Shown: positions 46,588 through 55,264 of the stretch, piece after piece
Numbering within the stretch: the first letter of the stretch is position 1
How the letters are laid out: each line of letters begins with the position of its first letter
NCBI GenBank assembly: GCA_964545795.1
Contig: CAZJGC010000003.1
Span: 738-64,737, forward strand
From: an uncultured archaeon
Lineage (GTDB): Archaea; Aenigmatarchaeota; Aenigmatarchaeia; Aenigmatarchaeales; DAIDAN01
Direction: 5' to 3'
DNA length: 64,000 nucleotides
Notes under the pieces: generated by a model
The model's input: only the letters and a program-made list of their open reading frames with translations
What the model was told of the DNA's origin: nothing
The model's database searches: none
Translations under genes and position numbers: made by a program

Positions 46588-47211
46588 TTGAAGCGCCAAG
46601 TAATTATTATGAAGCATTATTCATTTTATCTTATTGGAATTTGCATAGCAGTTTTTATTCTTCAAAACATATTTCCATGGGTTACTAACAACTTTGCGCT
46701 TATTCAATCCCGCGCTTTAACCGAGCCATGGATGTTTTTGACAAATATTTTTCTGCATGGCAGCGTTCTTCACTTAATGTATAATATGTTTGCTCTTGGT
46801 TTGTTTGGCTTTATTCTTGAAAGAATAGTTGGCAGTAAATTATTTTTAGCAATATTTTTTATAACAGGATTGGTTGCCTCAATAGGAAGTTTTATGTTTT
46901 ATAATGCTTCTCTTGGAGCAAGCGGGGCAATTTTTGGCATTCTCGGAGTTCTTGCTGTTTTAAGACCAAGAATGATGATATGGGTTTATGTTCCAATGCC
47001 AATGATTCTGGCTATTTTTGTCTGGGCTGTTGCAGATTTTATAGGATTGTTCTATCCTTCTGGAGTAGCAAATGTTGCGCATCTTGCAGGCATGGCTTCG
47101 GGAATAATTTTCGGGCTGATTATAAGAGAAAAATTTGCTGAGAAGAAGGAAGTAAGGTATGATATTGATGAAACAAAATTCAGGCAGTGGGAAGACAAAT
47201 GGATGAATTAA
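46588..47211 (+). CDS. rhomboid-family intramembrane serine protease
   Basis: GASGAIFG (GxSG) and AHLAG catalytic dyad; 6 TM helices. Confidence 0.8.
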   Translation: MKRQVIIMKHYSFYLIGICIAVFILQNIFPWVTNNFALIQSRALTEPWMFLTNIFLHGSVLHLMYNMFALGLFGFILERIVGSKLFLAIFFITGLVASIGSFMFYNASLGASGAIFGILGVLAVLRPRMMIWVYVPMPMILAIFVWAVADFIGLFYPSGVANVAHLAGMASGIIFGLIIREKFAEKKEVRYDIDETKFRQWEDKWMN

Positions 47212-47963
47212 TAATTATAGCTTAACACGAGTTTGCTATTCTCGTCTCTAATAAACAGAATATCTTCATCATTATTCCATGCAGGTTTTTTCCTGCACAT
47301 GTAGACTTTTTCTTTTGTATTGTTTCCGCAACCTGTATATACTGTTAGCGTTGAATTTGCAACAAAATTTGAAAATGTATATATAATTCTGTTTCTGTCT
47401 TTTATTGTCCATGAATTTATGTTAATTGGTTTGCATTTGTTTTTAAGAGTAAAGTATTCGCCATTAAGGTTTTTGTTATCATCCCCATATGCATCCCAGA
47501 CAAACTCAGAAACATAAAAGCATTTTGAGTAGTTTCCCTTTTTCCATATTCCAATATTGTTCTGTTTTGCTGTTTGTTCTGCAACCAACAGTTCGTGTTT
47601 TATTCCTTTATGCGTGTATATATGCGCATAACCTCTTTTTACAAGTTCAAGATTTACAAAAATATTCTTAAAATAAATATATCTTAGAAGTCTTCCATAC
47701 CTGTCAGTTTCTTTGCCTTCTATGGTTATGTTCTTTCTTTCTATCATCTGCTTCAGAAAATCTTTTGCTTCCTGATAATATGCTTCTCCTATTTCAGGCG
47801 CATTTATTCCAAGTAATCTTATTGTTCCTATATTGGTTTTTATTGTGTCGCCGTCTATAACTTTTTCTACATATGCTGTTTTGTTCTGGTGAGACATATA
47901 GGAATCAATGAAATAAAAGAATAAAGTAATAAGGATTGCAATCGCAAATGCTGTTTTTCTCAT
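47208..47963 (-). CDS. secreted thermonuclease (SNase-like) fused to a lamin-tail domain
   Basis: Signal/anchor; SNase motifs DGDT, LLGINAPE and DRYGRLL; C-terminal LTD pattern (GEYFTLKN...WTIKD...YTF). Confidence 0.7.
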   Translation of the reverse strand: MRKTAFAIAILITLFFYFIDSYMSHQNKTAYVEKVIDGDTIKTNIGTIRLLGINAPEIGEAYYQEAKDFLKQMIERKNITIEGKETDRYGRLLRYIYFKNIFVNLELVKRGYAHIYTHKGIKHELLVAEQTAKQNNIGIWKKGNYSKCFYVSEFVWDAYGDDNKNLNGEYFTLKNKCKPININSWTIKDRNRIIYTFSNFVANSTLTVYTGCGNNTKEKVYMCRKKPAWNNDEDILFIRDENSKLVLSYNY

Positions 47964-49087
47964 TTTCCAATCCTCAGCAGTCTTCTGATTTTGTCTCTCT
48001 TTCTTTCCTTTTTCCTTAAAAGAAATCTTTCAATATTGTTAAGAGCATTGCCTACAGCAACGCTCAAAATCCATGAAGTAGATTTTGATACAAACATGCC
48101 TTCATCAGTCATTAATCTGCATCTTATAGAGTATTTTATTCTTCCTGTTTTTCTATATTTCTTGATATGAATATACATGTATTGGATTTCATGGAATTGT
48201 GATACTTTTCTGACAAATTCTGATATCTGCTTGTCAATATCAGGGTCGCTTTTATCAAGACCTGTTATTTGCACATATAATCCTTCTTCTTTTTTATGCA
48301 GGGACAAATAAAGTTCTAAAATATCTCTGGTTGTTATTATGCCTATGGGGCTGTTTTCTTCAGTTATAACAACTCCCGGGTTTTTTGCTTCAATCATTTT
48401 GTCTATTATTGATTTTATAGATTCTGTCTTTTCTCCAGAAAGCACATTTTTGTTCATTATTGTTGAAACAGGTATGTTTGTTGTTGTTAATTTTTCTGCA
48501 GCTATTGAATACCAAGGTATTCTTTCTCTTGGTTTTATTGCTTTAAGCAGGTCAAGAACTGAGACAATCCCCACAAGTTCGCCGTAATCATTAACTACAG
48601 GAAGTTTTGATATGTTTTTCTCCCTCATTATAAACCTTGCCTTTCCTATATCGTCAGATTCTTTTATTACTTCGGCTGTGCTCATTATTTCCTCTGCCAA
48701 TGTTCGCCTTATCTGCTCGTTATTTATGGCTTTTAGCAAATCAAAAACAGAGAATATTCCTATAACCTTGTTCTTTTCAACTACGGGCAAAGCCCTGAAA
48801 CCTACTTTAAACAAAAATTCGGAAGCGTCTTCAATTTTCATGTTTTTTGAAAAAGTTGGTGTTTTGATTATGAATTTTTTTATTTTTGTTTTTGTAGGGT
48901 CGGATGCAACGCCTTTTGAGAACAGTTCTTTATAATTTATTATGCCAACATATCTCCCGTTTTCTATTACCGGAGCTTCACGTATATTATACTTTTCCAT
49001 AATGCTTATGAATTTTGTTATGCTGTCATTGGAATTTATGGAAATTACATCTTTGCTCATAAAATCTTTCACAAACATAAATACCAC
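47960..49087 (-). CDS. four-CBS-domain protein with an uncharacterised C-terminal domain
   Basis: Four CBS repeats followed by a roughly 110-aa basic C-terminal domain. Confidence 0.65.
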   Translation of the reverse strand: MVFMFVKDFMSKDVISINSNDSITKFISIMEKYNIREAPVIENGRYVGIINYKELFSKGVASDPTKTKIKKFIIKTPTFSKNMKIEDASEFLFKVGFRALPVVEKNKVIGIFSVFDLLKAINNEQIRRTLAEEIMSTAEVIKESDDIGKARFIMREKNISKLPVVNDYGELVGIVSVLDLLKAIKPRERIPWYSIAAEKLTTTNIPVSTIMNKNVLSGEKTESIKSIIDKMIEAKNPGVVITEENSPIGIITTRDILELYLSLHKKEEGLYVQITGLDKSDPDIDKQISEFVRKVSQFHEIQYMYIHIKKYRKTGRIKYSIRCRLMTDEGMFVSKSTSWILSVAVGNALNNIERFLLRKKERKRDKIRRLLRIGK

Positions 49088-49120
49088 GCAATAAATTATT
49101 AGTATTATGTTTTTATAAAC

Positions 49121-49666
49121 TTAGGGTGTAATTCTGACTATTTCAAAGTATACGACTTTATCATCTTTATCTACCAAAGCCCAGAGCATATGCGCTCTTA
49201 TGTTATGCGCAAGCCTGACTGCTCTGGAAAGTTCCTGAAAACCGCAGGAATAATTTTTTGGAACAGCAAAAACAATCCATTTTGTATGTTCTGCCGCGCT
49301 TTTTGGACCTCTTTTCAAAGGTTTTACTCCTTTATTATAGACGCGGAAGTCGCAGCCAAACTTGAATCCTGTTCTTGTTGGATATGATTTGTTTCTAAGG
49401 TCAGTGTAAACAATAAATCTTTCCCTGAATCTGTTGTCTATAGAGCAGCAATAATCAAAAAATTCATTAAATCCCATTTTTTTATTGTTGTTGTAAATTG
49501 TTATTTTCTTTTTTTTATATAGAAATGCTGCTTCCACAAGAGATAATTCAAGCCTGTCTTCTCTAAGCCTTCCATAATAATCATTTTCAAATATGTTTTT
49601 TGCTGCATTTCTGTCCCATATAAAAACCTTGTCCTGAGCAATCTGCGCTTTTATCATAATCATCAC
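49121..49666 (-). CDS. endA: tRNA-splicing endonuclease subunit (EndA family; retains the Tyr and His of the catalytic triad)
   Basis: YTDLRNKSYPTRTGFKFGCDFRVY...AEHTKWIVFAV...RLAHNIRAHMLWALVD matches the EndA catalytic-domain pattern. Confidence 0.8.
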   Translation of the reverse strand: MMIMIKAQIAQDKVFIWDRNAAKNIFENDYYGRLREDRLELSLVEAAFLYKKKKITIYNNNKKMGFNEFFDYCCSIDNRFRERFIVYTDLRNKSYPTRTGFKFGCDFRVYNKGVKPLKRGPKSAAEHTKWIVFAVPKNYSCGFQELSRAVRLAHNIRAHMLWALVDKDDKVVYFEIVRITP

Positions 49667-49669
49667 ATT

Positions 49670-50188
49670 TTATATCTTCAGTTCATTTACAGCATAATAA
49701 GTTATGTCTGTGTCGTTGTCTACAACTGCCCATAGCGCAGTTGTTTTAATGTTTTGTGAGAGTTTTGTTGCTCTCTCAAGCATGCTAAAATCCGAAGGAT
49801 AATCTTCAGATGCAACAAAAACTATCCATTTTACTTTTTCTGCTTTATTTGGTTTTGCACCCCTGTCATAAACCCGAAGGTCCATGCCTTTAAATCCGAC
49901 TCTGACGGGGAGCCCCCTTTCTCTCATGTCTTTATAAACATAATAAAGATTAGTGAAATTATTGATTTTTGAGCAGCAGTAGTGATAAAAGTCAGAGAAT
50001 GATAATTTCTTGTTTTTAATAAATACTTCAAGCCTTCCTCTTTCCTGCAAAAGAAGAGCTTCCACAAGAGATAATTCAAGATTTCCTGATTTTATGTTTC
50101 CATACCATCCGTTGTCAAAGTATTCTTTGCCTTCTTTATCTTCTACTATTACTTTTATGTCTTCAATTCTTCCTTGCATAGAATTCAC
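49670..50188 (-). CDS. tRNA-splicing endonuclease paralogous subunit (EndA family; the His position is substituted, so it is likely the structural partner)
   Basis: YKDMRERGLPVRVGFKGMDLRVY...KVKWIVFVAS...ALWAVVD. It is a paralogue of the adjacent gene, with a KAEKVKW segment in place of AEHTKW. Confidence 0.7.
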   Translation of the reverse strand: MNSMQGRIEDIKVIVEDKEGKEYFDNGWYGNIKSGNLELSLVEALLLQERGRLEVFIKNKKLSFSDFYHYCCSKINNFTNLYYVYKDMRERGLPVRVGFKGMDLRVYDRGAKPNKAEKVKWIVFVASEDYPSDFSMLERATKLSQNIKTTALWAVVDNDTDITYYAVNELKI

Positions 50189-50213
50189 CGGAATTTAATT
50201 AATTATTTCAGAT

Positions 50214-50768
50214 TTATAAATCAATATTTATTCCCTTCATAGCCATATTTATTTTGCAGTTTCTGCAGAACTCTCTTCTCTTGATGTCTATATCCTTTGC
50301 GCTTGGTGACGGCGACATTATGCAGAAAATGTGCTTGCAGTGGTTTAGTCCTATATGATGCCCGATTTCATGCATTGCTTCTTTCACAATCCTGTCTATA
50401 AGAATCATATTATTTGGCTTCTGGTCATAAAATTCGGGTTTTAGTCTGGCTATGGATATAACAGAGCATGCATTTTCAGGTTCTTCTATGCTGAAAACAA
50501 AGTTTAAACCTTTATAATATATATCTTCTTCTGTTATTCCGATTGTGGGAATTGATTTGTCTATAAACTTTCCTTCGTTTGTGCTTGCAATAATGTCTAT
50601 TATCTTTGATGCGTCATATTGCCTTCTTAATGCATTGAATGCGGAATCAATGTATTTTATTTGCGGCAGTATCTTGCATCTTACATTTATGCTTGCTTCC
50701 AGTTCTTTGCAAAATTTTTGCAAGAGGTTTAGTGATATGTATTTTATTGGCAGAATGCGTATTAACAT
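50214..50768 (-). CDS. amzA: archaemetzincin (peptidase M54)
   Basis: HEIGHHIGLNHC...C and a following CRNC: the HEXXHXXGX3C...CXXC zinc motifs of archaemetzincins. Confidence 0.85.
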   Translation of the reverse strand: MLIRILPIKYISLNLLQKFCKELEASINVRCKILPQIKYIDSAFNALRRQYDASKIIDIIASTNEGKFIDKSIPTIGITEEDIYYKGLNFVFSIEEPENACSVISIARLKPEFYDQKPNNMILIDRIVKEAMHEIGHHIGLNHCKHIFCIMSPSPSAKDIDIKRREFCRNCKINMAMKGINIDL

Positions 50769-50799
50769 AATAATAATTGTTTGCTAAGTTAAAAAAGGT

Positions 50800-51894
50800 T
50801 TATTTTACGTAATATCCCACGGCTTCTGATATGTTTCTAAACCCGTCATGTTCTAAAAACTGAGATAATTCATAATTTATTTTATTGCAGACAAAAGGGC
50901 CTTCATATGGTATTGCCGTAAATATTTTTTCTAAATTAGAGCCGAGCAAAATCTTTTCATAAGCGTCTTTGCCTGAAAATATCCCGCCAACGCCTATTAT
51001 GCTTTGGTCTTCTTCCTTTATTTTATAAACCTGCTCAATCAGTTTGTTTGACTTCAATTTAAGAGGCTTTCCGCTTAATCCTCCCCTTAATTTCTTTGTG
51101 TTTTTTTCATTTGTTTTCAAGCATTCTCTTGATTCTGTTGTGTTGCATATCACAAATCCGTTAATGTCATAATCTTTGCAGATTTCAATGTCTCTTTCAA
51201 GAACATTATTTTTGATGTCAGGCGAGATTTTCAGAAATACAGGCTTCCAGTCGTATGAGCAGCGTTCATCATCTATTTTTGAGAGGAGATTTTCTAAATT
51301 ATCTGGTTCTTCAAATTTTCTGCTTTCAGATGTATTTGGACAGGATATATTAAGTATTGTGCCGCATCCAAACTGGTGTAATTTTCTGAAAGAAGAAAGA
51401 ATGTCGTCAAATCCGGAATAGTCAGATGCGCATGCGTTATGAGTTTTTGCTATGCTTACAAAGTAAGGTATTTTTGGTTTTGATTTTTTTATTAATATGG
51501 ATATTTTAGTTGCGCCATAATTTTCCAACCCAATTCTGTTTATAATGGCTTCATCTTCAGGAAGCCTGAATATTCTGGGTTTATTGTTGCCTTTGCTTTC
51601 TTTTGCTGTAACAGAACCAACTACGTGAAAGCCAAATCCGGCATAGTGCGCAATATTCAATAGTTTTCCATTCTTGTCAAACCCTGCCGCCATGCCAAGA
51701 GGGTTTTCAAATTTTATTCCAAATAACTCTGTTTCAAGGTTTTTATTCTTGTATATTAGTTTTTTCCCCAATTCGTCAAAAACAGGATTGTTTATTTTTC
51801 CAATAAGATAGCCTGCTGAAATTGCTGCATTATGCGCTGTTTCAGGGTATAAATGAAACAGCGCAGGCCTTATAATTTTTTTGTAAATGTTCAT
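50800..51894 (-). CDS. pyrD: dihydroorotate dehydrogenase, class 2 (quinone-dependent)
   Basis: FGIKFENPLGMAAGFDKNG, GFGFHVVGSVT and PRIFRLPEDEAIINRIG motifs. The start was reset to MNIYKK because the track's upstream extension overlaps tRNA-Phe. Confidence 0.8.
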   Translation of the reverse strand: MNIYKKIIRPALFHLYPETAHNAAISAGYLIGKINNPVFDELGKKLIYKNKNLETELFGIKFENPLGMAAGFDKNGKLLNIAHYAGFGFHVVGSVTAKESKGNNKPRIFRLPEDEAIINRIGLENYGATKISILIKKSKPKIPYFVSIAKTHNACASDYSGFDDILSSFRKLHQFGCGTILNISCPNTSESRKFEEPDNLENLLSKIDDERCSYDWKPVFLKISPDIKNNVLERDIEICKDYDINGFVICNTTESRECLKTNEKNTKKLRGGLSGKPLKLKSNKLIEQVYKIKEEDQSIIGVGGIFSGKDAYEKILLGSNLEKIFTAIPYEGPFVCNKINYELSQFLEHDGFRNISEAVGYYVK

Positions 51895-51925
51895 GGTATA
51901 TAGAATGAAATTAAAACTTTTTAAG

Positions 51926-52053
51926 TGGTGAGGCGGGCGTGATTTGAATTCGCGGAGCCTTTTTCGGCAGATGCTCACACGCGACAACACGGTGTCCAGT
52001 TACTTCAGCCGTGCGCTCTCCCGAGCTGAGCTTACGGTAAAAAATACCGCCTC
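51926..52053 (-). tRNA. tRNA-Phe (anticodon GAA) apparently carrying three introns; CCA is encoded
   Basis: Minus-strand cloverleaf: acceptor GAGGCGG/CCGCCUC, U8A9, D-arm GCUC-AGCUCGGGA-GAGC, anticodon stem CACGG/CCGUG with loop CUGAAG..A, T-stem GCGUG/CACGC with T-loop UUCAAAU, discriminator A. Insertions of 13 nt (52032-52044), 9 nt (51994-52002) and 29 nt (51949-51977) bring 128 nt down to 77 nt. Confidence 0.55.
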
Positions 52054-52068
52054 GCGCACACGCCTCAC

Positions 52069-52335
52069 TTAGTTAAAGTCTTGAATGTCAATGCTTATTA
52101 TTTTTTTGTTTTTTATTGATATTGAGTTTAGTTCTCTTATCAATTTTCTTAATGAATTTGAGTGGTCTTCGCATAAATAAATTTTTGCTATTTCCTTTTC
52201 TGACAGTTTTGTCAGGTGTTTTTCCTTAAATAAAATCACTTTTGATATTTCTTCATTGCAGCCGATTGCGTTGCAGGCGGAATCAAACTTTTTGATGTCA
52301 AATTTCTTTATAAGCAAGTTTGATATCTCTTCCAT
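52069..52335 (-). CDS. hypothetical small protein
   Basis: The track ORF was trimmed to the internal Met (MEEISNLL) because the upstream extension overlaps tRNA-Asn. Confidence 0.3.
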   Translation of the reverse strand: MEEISNLLIKKFDIKKFDSACNAIGCNEEISKVILFKEKHLTKLSEKEIAKIYLCEDHSNSLRKLIRELNSISIKNKKIISIDIQDFN

Positions 52336-52352
52336 TAAATCACGCCGTTGAA

Positions 52353-52440
52353 TGGCGCCTGGGACAGGACTCGAACCTGCGACCACCTGGTTTCTGTATA
52401 AATTAACAGCCAGGTGCTCTACCTGCTGAGCTACCCAGGC
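52353..52440 (-). tRNA. tRNA-Asn (anticodon GUU) with a 12-nt canonical intron at 37/38; CCA is encoded
   Basis: Acceptor GCCUGGG/CCCAGGC, D-arm GCUC-AGCAGGUA-GAGC, anticodon stem CCUGG/CCAGG, anticodon GUU at 52405-52407, intron at 52392-52403, T-loop UUCGAGU. Confidence 0.85.
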
Positions 52441-52479
52441 TCTGTAAGAATAAAATATAATTAGAAAACTTATAAAGGT

Positions 52480-53262
52480 TTAGTTACCTGTTGATGTGTA
52501 ATTTTTTAGTCCCAATTTCCAGATGCTGTATGCAATTGCGAATGCTATAAGTGTTACAATAGGTGTCAGGAAAGCCGCCCATACGGCAATGCCCTTTCCA
52601 AGGAAAGCCTGGGCAGGGTAATATATTGTAAACGCGAATGGAAATATGAATGAAACAAGGAAAATTATTGGAAAACTGTATATTTCTAATGGGTATGTTG
52701 TAAAGTTTCTGAAGTGCAGAATGATGTTTGAAAGAGTCTGCGATCTGGTTGTCCAAAATGCAACAGATGTTGGTATAAGCATGATTGAAAACAATAATAA
52801 CACAGAACTGAATAAAAACAGCAGAAATAGAAGTATGTTTGCAATACTCCATGCTATCCCTATTTTTAATGAACTTATATATAGCAAAACAGCACCAATA
52901 AAAATATCTCCAAAATGTTCGGTGTCAATCTTTGATGTTATTAGCTGAAAAAGCGGATTTATTGGTTTTGTTAAAAATTTGTCAAATTCACCTTCTGATA
53001 TCAATCTGTCCATGTCCCATAATGGGAACAATGATGAAAACAATCCTGCTGTCAAAGTTGAGAATCCTGATAAGAACAACATTTCATAAAGAGACCATCC
53101 GTTTATGCTTGTTATATGCGAAAAAATTATCCATATAAATGAAACAGAAACAATGCCCCAAAGCGCCTGTGTTGTAAAACCAATAAGAAAATCGGTTTTG
53201 TATTCCAATAATGAATGTATATGTAATTTTATAAATCTTAAATATAAATTTAGGTAATTCAT
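52480..53262 (-). CDS. ABC-2 family transporter permease
   Basis: 6 TM helices; downstream of the ABC ATPase. Confidence 0.55.
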   Translation of the reverse strand: MNYLNLYLRFIKLHIHSLLEYKTDFLIGFTTQALWGIVSVSFIWIIFSHITSINGWSLYEMLFLSGFSTLTAGLFSSLFPLWDMDRLISEGEFDKFLTKPINPLFQLITSKIDTEHFGDIFIGAVLLYISSLKIGIAWSIANILLFLLFLFSSVLLLFSIMLIPTSVAFWTTRSQTLSNIILHFRNFTTYPLEIYSFPIIFLVSFIFPFAFTIYYPAQAFLGKGIAVWAAFLTPIVTLIAFAIAYSIWKLGLKNYTSTGN

Positions 53263-54057
53263 TCAACCACCATGCGCGCTATATTTTTTTCTTGCTTTCT
53301 TAAAAAGAAACTTGCCTATGTAAAAAAATACAACAATCCAGAATATCTGTTGTGTTATGGCATAGATGATATCAATTCCATGTATTTTTCCTATGTAAAT
53401 TGACAATGGTATGTGAGATATTGATTTAAACGGTAGCAGCAAGGCAATGTTTTTCAACCAGTCTGGAAACAAATACAGCGGCAAAAAACTTCCTGCAAAA
53501 AAATCTATTATTATTTCTTTAAATCTTCTTATTCCTCTTGTTTGTTCAGTCCAAAATGCAGTCAGCCAAACAAGAAACGCTAATGAAAATGAGGTTAATA
53601 TGCTCAATATTGTGCTTATGAAAAACAATAACAGTGTTTGTAGTGGAGGCACAAAGATATTGAAAATCAAAACAGCGAAAATTAGTGTTGGTAATATACT
53701 AAAAATGACAGAAAGGAAATTGTCTGCTATATCCCTTGAAAAAATATAATTTTGAATATCCAAAGGTTTTGTTAATATATTAGTTATAGCATTTTTGTTT
53801 ATATCCCAATACGCTTTTCTGTCTGTATTTGAATAACCAGCAAACATAATAATTACGCTCATAGCCATATATGTTATCATTTCCTTTAGACTAAGACCCC
53901 CTATGGTTTGTAAATTATTATATGTGTATATGGATGTCCATAGAAAATAAAAAACCGAAATAAAAATTATGCCAGATATGCTGAAAATTAAGAAATCAAA
54001 CTTATATACCATCTCCTTTTTTATGGCTGTTTTTAACACTTCAATATATTTTTTCAT
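53263..54057 (-). CDS. ABC-2 family transporter permease
   Basis: 6 TM helices; paralogue of the adjacent permease. Confidence 0.55.
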   Translation of the reverse strand: MKKYIEVLKTAIKKEMVYKFDFLIFSISGIIFISVFYFLWTSIYTYNNLQTIGGLSLKEMITYMAMSVIIMFAGYSNTDRKAYWDINKNAITNILTKPLDIQNYIFSRDIADNFLSVIFSILPTLIFAVLIFNIFVPPLQTLLLFFISTILSILTSFSLAFLVWLTAFWTEQTRGIRRFKEIIIDFFAGSFLPLYLFPDWLKNIALLLPFKSISHIPLSIYIGKIHGIDIIYAITQQIFWIVVFFYIGKFLFKKARKKYSAHGG

Positions 54058-55046
54058 CTGCCACGCCTGTAAACTTCTTTTATTATATTCTCTATTTTCG
54101 GTTCTTCTATTGTAATGTCGTGGATTGAAAACTTTGACATAATCTGGTTTACAATTGAAGATAATTCTGCATGCTTGTCTATTCTTAACCAGAACCTTCT
54201 GCCTGCTGTTTTGAGTATTGTCATATTTTTGATTTTAATTTCTGACTTTCTTACATTCTCATGAAAATCCACTATAATTATTTTGCCATTTGAAAACCTT
54301 TTTCTTACATCTGCCAGCATGCCATCGTAAATGATTTTTCCCTTGTCTATAATTATTGCCCTTTTGCATAGTTTCTCTATGTCTGACATATCGTGAGTCG
54401 TGAGTAGAATTGTTGTTTTTTCTTTCTTGTTGACTTCTTTTATGAAGTTTCTGATGCTGTGTTTTGCTATAATGTCAAGCCCTATTGTAGGCTCGTCAAG
54501 GAACACGACTTTTGGATTATGAATCAAAGAAGCTGCCAAGTCGCATCTCATTCTTTGCCCAAGAGAAAGTTTTCTTACAGGAATGTCCAATAGTTGGTTT
54601 AAGCCCAATATTTTTGAAAATTTTTTCATGTTTCTCTTAAATTTGGCTTCTGATATGTCGTATATATGTTTTAGTAAATTGAAAGATTCTTTCACAGGCA
54701 AATCCCACCAAAGTTGCGTGCGCTGCCCAAAAACAACTCCTATATGTTTTGCATATTCTTCTCTTTGCTCAAATGGCTTGAACCCAGTCACGTTTATGGT
54801 TCCGGATGTTGGATAAAGCACGCCTGTAAGCATTTTGATTGTTGTTGATTTTCCCGCGCCGTTAGTGCCTATGAAACCAACAATTTCACCCTTTTTTATT
54901 CTAAAACTTATTCCGTTTACGGGCCTGATAATTTTGTATTCCCTTTTTATTATTGTTTTTAGAGAATTCCACAACCCTTCATTTTTCTTATATAGTTTAA
55001 ATTCTTTTACAAGGTTTTCAACTTCAATAATATCCATTTTATGCAC
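54054..55046 (-). CDS. ABC transporter ATP-binding protein
   Basis: Walker A GTNGAGKST, signature LSLGQRMR, Walker B VVFLDEPT. Confidence 0.9.
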   Translation of the reverse strand: MHKMDIIEVENLVKEFKLYKKNEGLWNSLKTIIKREYKIIRPVNGISFRIKKGEIVGFIGTNGAGKSTTIKMLTGVLYPTSGTINVTGFKPFEQREEYAKHIGVVFGQRTQLWWDLPVKESFNLLKHIYDISEAKFKRNMKKFSKILGLNQLLDIPVRKLSLGQRMRCDLAASLIHNPKVVFLDEPTIGLDIIAKHSIRNFIKEVNKKEKTTILLTTHDMSDIEKLCKRAIIIDKGKIIYDGMLADVRKRFSNGKIIIVDFHENVRKSEIKIKNMTILKTAGRRFWLRIDKHAELSSIVNQIMSKFSIHDITIEEPKIENIIKEVYRRGR

Positions 55047-55081
55047 CTATTTTTTATTTAAAAAAGAACATAAAAATAATA

Positions 55082-55210
55082 ATGGTAAGATGCAAATTCT
55101 GTTCCAGCGACAACACGCAGTCAGTAGATGTTTCTTTGTTTGTGTGCAATAATTGCGGAAGAGAATTTGCGTCAGATATTAGGGAGCATAACAGATTTTT
55201 AAGAATCTAA
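55082..55210 (+). CDS. small Cys4 zinc-ribbon protein (42 aa); not in the ORF track
   Basis: Manual translation gives MVRCKFCSSDNTQSVDVSLFVCNNCGREFASDIREHNRFLRI. Cys spacing is C-x2-C-x14-C-x2-C, an RpoP/Spt4-like size class. Confidence 0.3.
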   Translation: MVRCKFCSSDNTQSVDVSLFVCNNCGREFASDIREHNRFLRI

Positions 55211-55264
55211 TTTCTCATTGCTTAACACCATAGAAATATTGCAAATTTTGGTATAAAAAGATTT

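Noticed and set aside
52069-52386. N-terminal 17 residues (MVAGSSPVPGAIQRRDL) of the track ORF
   Set aside because: They are encoded antisense to tRNA-Asn (52353..52440). The GC-rich tRNA is the real feature, so the ORF was trimmed to the internal Met.
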